Shown: piece after piece, positions 61,843 through 64,000 of the stretch
How positions within the stretch are numbered: position 1 is the first letter of the stretch
How the letters are laid out: the number at the start of each line of letters is the position of its first letter
Assembly (NCBI GenBank): GCA_018902755.1
Contig: JAHIQI010000066.1
Location: forward strand, 17,417-81,416
Length of the DNA stretch: 64,000 nt
Source of the DNA: Pseudomonadota bacterium
GTDB lineage: Bacteria; Desulfobacterota; Desulfarculia; Desulfarculales; Desulfarculaceae
Direction of reading: 5' to 3'
Translations under genes and position numbers: made by a program
Notes under the pieces: model-generated
The model's database searches: none
What the model was told of the DNA's origin: nothing
The model's input: the letters and a program-made list of their open reading frames with translations, nothing else

Positions 61843-62283
61843 CCAAACCATCCTCCAATCCACAACCCGCCCCGCTCGGGGGAAGCCGAAGTTCGCCACG
61901 TCGCATCTCTTCCGAGATGCTCCTCGCGATGACGTCTATTGCTGGATTCGCCGATTTACAGCATCGCGTGGGTTTAATTAAGGCCTCGGCCATCGGCCCA
62001 ACAGCTCCTTGATCATGTCTGGTCGTGTGAGACAATCACATCCCCGCCGCCAAATCGTAACCACCTACCCCCTTGACCGAGCCGGTCGCCCGCCCGGATA
62101 ATTTAGGTATGGAGCTCTAATCCGGTGGGGAAGCACCTGGAGTCAAACCCAGGCTGAATTCGATCTCCCGCTCGCGCGCTCCTTCTAGCCTCTCTCGCGC
62201 CGCCCACGCTTGACCGCTTTCAGCTCATCACGGCGATACACCCTCCGCTCCAGCCGCGTCCTCGCCCCGCAAGGAGAAATGCC

Positions 62284-62877
62284 ATGCAAAAAAAGGTGCG
62301 TTACTCACATCCGGCCCACTTCAACTACGCTACCCTGGCCGAGATATGCGACATCCTCAGCACGGCGGGCAAATTCACCCAGGCGGCCCGGGCGGTGGTC
62401 ACTTACCTCACCCACCACCTGAAGCTCAAGGGCGCGGCGCTCATGCTGCTCAACCGGCGCAGCAAAAAGCTGGAAGTGGCGGCCTCCCAAGGGCTAAGCG
62501 ACTTCTACCTCAACAAGGGTCCCATCAGCGCGGCCCGCTCCATCGCCGCCTCCATCAGCGACGGCCCGGTGGCCATCTTCAACGTGCGCGACGATCCGCG
62601 CCTGCAATACCCCGAGGAGGCCGAGCGCGAGGGCATAGAGTCCATCCTCAGCGTGCCCTTGGTGCTGAGGGGAAAGCCCTTGGGGGTGCTGCGGCTCTAC
62701 ACCGCCGAGCCCTGGGAATTCACCATGGAGGACATCACCTTCGTGCAGGCCGTGTCCCTGATGCTGGCCTTGGTGCTGGACAACATCAGGGTTTCCGGCG
62801 CCTACAAGACCTCCATCGAGGTGCTCAAGGACCTGCGCCCTCCAATACGCCGGGCCAAGCGCACCCTGCACGAGTAG
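62284..62877 (+). CDS. stand-alone GAF domain protein
   Basis: 197 aa. LKGAALMLLNRRSKKLEVAASQGLS...SILSVPLVLRGKPLGVLRLYTAEPWEFTMEDITFVQAVS is the typical GAF core. Confidence 0.8.
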   Translation: MQKKVRYSHPAHFNYATLAEICDILSTAGKFTQAARAVVTYLTHHLKLKGAALMLLNRRSKKLEVAASQGLSDFYLNKGPISAARSIAASISDGPVAIFNVRDDPRLQYPEEAEREGIESILSVPLVLRGKPLGVLRLYTAEPWEFTMEDITFVQAVSLMLALVLDNIRVSGAYKTSIEVLKDLRPPIRRAKRTLHE

Positions 62878-62976
62878 GTGGAACCTGGACGCCTCGGGCG
62901 TCTGGACGGCCGGGCCGCAGAACTCATGAGAGGGGCGGTCCGGCCTAATTTTTTAGGGAACCCTTGAGGGGTGGAC

Positions 62977-63210
62977 TCAATTACCCGCGCCGCCGAGACG
63001 GCGGTATTTGCTCTCGCCGTCATATTCGGTGTAGGGCAGCCAATCGGCGCAACTGCTTTGGTCGCTGATCCATCCCCTGGTTTTCTCGCACCAGGACATG
63101 ACCGGGTTGATCATGAAGTTGTCCCGGTACTCTTTTTGGCTTATCACCCCGGCCCGCAAGGCAGTGTCCGGATTGATCCTATAGCCGCACATATTGCATT
63201 TTATTTCCAA
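62977..63210 (-). CDS. small Cys-containing hypothetical protein (77 aa)
   Basis: MEIKCNMCGYRI... CxxC near the N-terminus plus 2 further Cys. Lies 24 nt downstream of the methyltransferase gene. Coding status uncertain. Confidence 0.4.
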   Translation of the reverse strand: MEIKCNMCGYRINPDTALRAGVISQKEYRDNFMINPVMSWCEKTRGWISDQSSCADWLPYTEYDGESKYRRLGGAGN

Positions 63211-63234
63211 CGGGAACCCCCCTATTCAGACTAA

Positions 63235-63792
63235 CTACGCGGCCAGCACCGCCCCCCGCGACAGGCGCACCTCGGGCCGCTCGCTCAGCCGCATGCCCAG
63301 CCCCCCGGCAAGGCGCAAGGACTCTTCAAACTCCTTGGCCTTCACGTGCATGCGCGGCTCGGCCAGATAAAACAGGCCGCCCGGCTTGAGCAGATCCTTC
63401 GCTTGCCTTAAAAACGCCTCCTGGTCCGGCACCTCGTGCAGCATCCAAAAGGCCAGCACCAGGTCCAGGCTGCCGGTCAGGTCCTTCGCCCCGAGATTGT
63501 CGGCCCCAACCCGGCGGGTCTCGATGCGCTCTGCCAACCCCGCCCTTTGAGCCCGGCGCTCCACCCCGGCCAGCATCTTCTCCTGCAAGTCCATGGCGTA
63601 GACCCGGCCCGAGTCGCCCGCAAGGCGGGCCAAGCCCAAGGTGAAAAATCCTATGCCGCAGCCTATGTCCGCGGCCCGGCCGCCTTGGCGCAGGTAGGGC
63701 CCCAGCATCTTTTCCGGGTCGTGAAAAAGGCGGCGCACCGGGTTGTCAAAGGTGTGGATCATCCACCAAGGGCATACGTGTTCACGGGCCAT
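63235..63792 (-). CDS. class I SAM-dependent methyltransferase
   Basis: ADIGCGIGFF motif I and an N-terminal HVCPWW segment. Start set at ATG 63792 (RBS AAAGGA); the track ORF starts at GTG 63837. Confidence 0.8.
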   Translation of the reverse strand: MAREHVCPWWMIHTFDNPVRRLFHDPEKMLGPYLRQGGRAADIGCGIGFFTLGLARLAGDSGRVYAMDLQEKMLAGVERRAQRAGLAERIETRRVGADNLGAKDLTGSLDLVLAFWMLHEVPDQEAFLRQAKDLLKPGGLFYLAEPRMHVKAKEFEESLRLAGGLGMRLSERPEVRLSRGAVLAA

Positions 63793-64000
63793 GGCTCTAT
63801 CCTTTGAAGGCTTTGGGCAGGCATCTAGGTGGTTCACCGTCCCCGCTGCCGGTGCGGCTGCACCCGTGGTTTTCCACCTCTATTAAAAATCTATTCTTAT
63901 TTTAGTTGGCTCAGGAGCTGATAGGGGATCAGGTCGTGGTCAGCTATCCACTTTTTCAGGCGGAGCCAAGCGCAGGGCCATGCCGCAAACCACGCCCATG

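Noticed and set aside
63897-64000. Minus-strand frame open to the window end that terminates ...LKKWIADHDLIPYQLLSQLK* at 63897-63899, possibly the 3' end of an upstream membrane or permease gene.
   Set aside because: Only about 34 codons are visible, which is not enough to assign coding status or function.

Overview
High-GC (roughly 62-66% by eye) bacterial chromosome segment, densely coding. Gene content and style suggest a sulfate-reducer-like Desulfobacterota (deltaproteobacterial) genome, but that taxonomic guess is only inference. Almost all of it is core housekeeping DNA. In order: glmU-glmS; an HxlR regulator divergent from a PNPOx-like gene; an OMP; an F1/b-subunit ATP synthase operon (atpF'-F-H-A-G-D-C, minus strand). 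Next comes a cell-shape block on the minus strand (mreB-mreC-mreD-mrdA-rodA, then a TPR protein and a bactofilin). It is followed by the origin-proximal cluster rpmH-rnpA-yidD-yidC-jag-mnmE-rsmG, which ends in parS sites rather than parAB. After that: a PAS histidine kinase, trmFO, rimO, a TtuA-like PP-loop enzyme, a low-GC pentapeptide-repeat membrane protein, a 4Fe-4S protein, a sigma-70 family factor, and a CysK::CysRS-like fusion gene. Then a small HicB-like gene, smr, a DUF3786-like gene, a His/Cys-rich BFD-like gene, cooC, a frameshifted asmA-like gene, and a PAS sensor with a Cys-rich tail. The window finishes with gpsA-gyrA, two alpha/beta hydrolases, gyrB, an SDR, a VWA protein, a GAF protein and a methyltransferase. 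I found no rRNA, tRNA, CRISPR array, transposase, integrase, prophage or recognisable defence system. Many long ORFs in the six-frame track are antisense or out-of-frame artefacts of the high GC content (Arg/Gly/Pro/His-rich). I rejected these and trimmed several over-extended N-termini. Leads worth a second look: (1) one uninterrupted gene fusing a complete cysteine synthase to a full-length CysRS homologue that keeps the Zn/cysteine ligands and tRNA-binding parts but has degenerate HIGH and KMSKS motifs; (2) three families of intergenic structured repeats, one with compensatory changes in a hairpin and a 120-nt tandem array, some arranged as terminal inverted repeats around small cargo; (3) a parS triplet without parAB; (4) a compositionally mosaic pentapeptide gene with an in-frame TAA ahead of a further hydrophobic, TM-like segment; (5) a PAS sensor whose only output is a Cys/His-rich module. 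All coordinates come from manual reading; repeat and motif boundaries may be off by a few nt.
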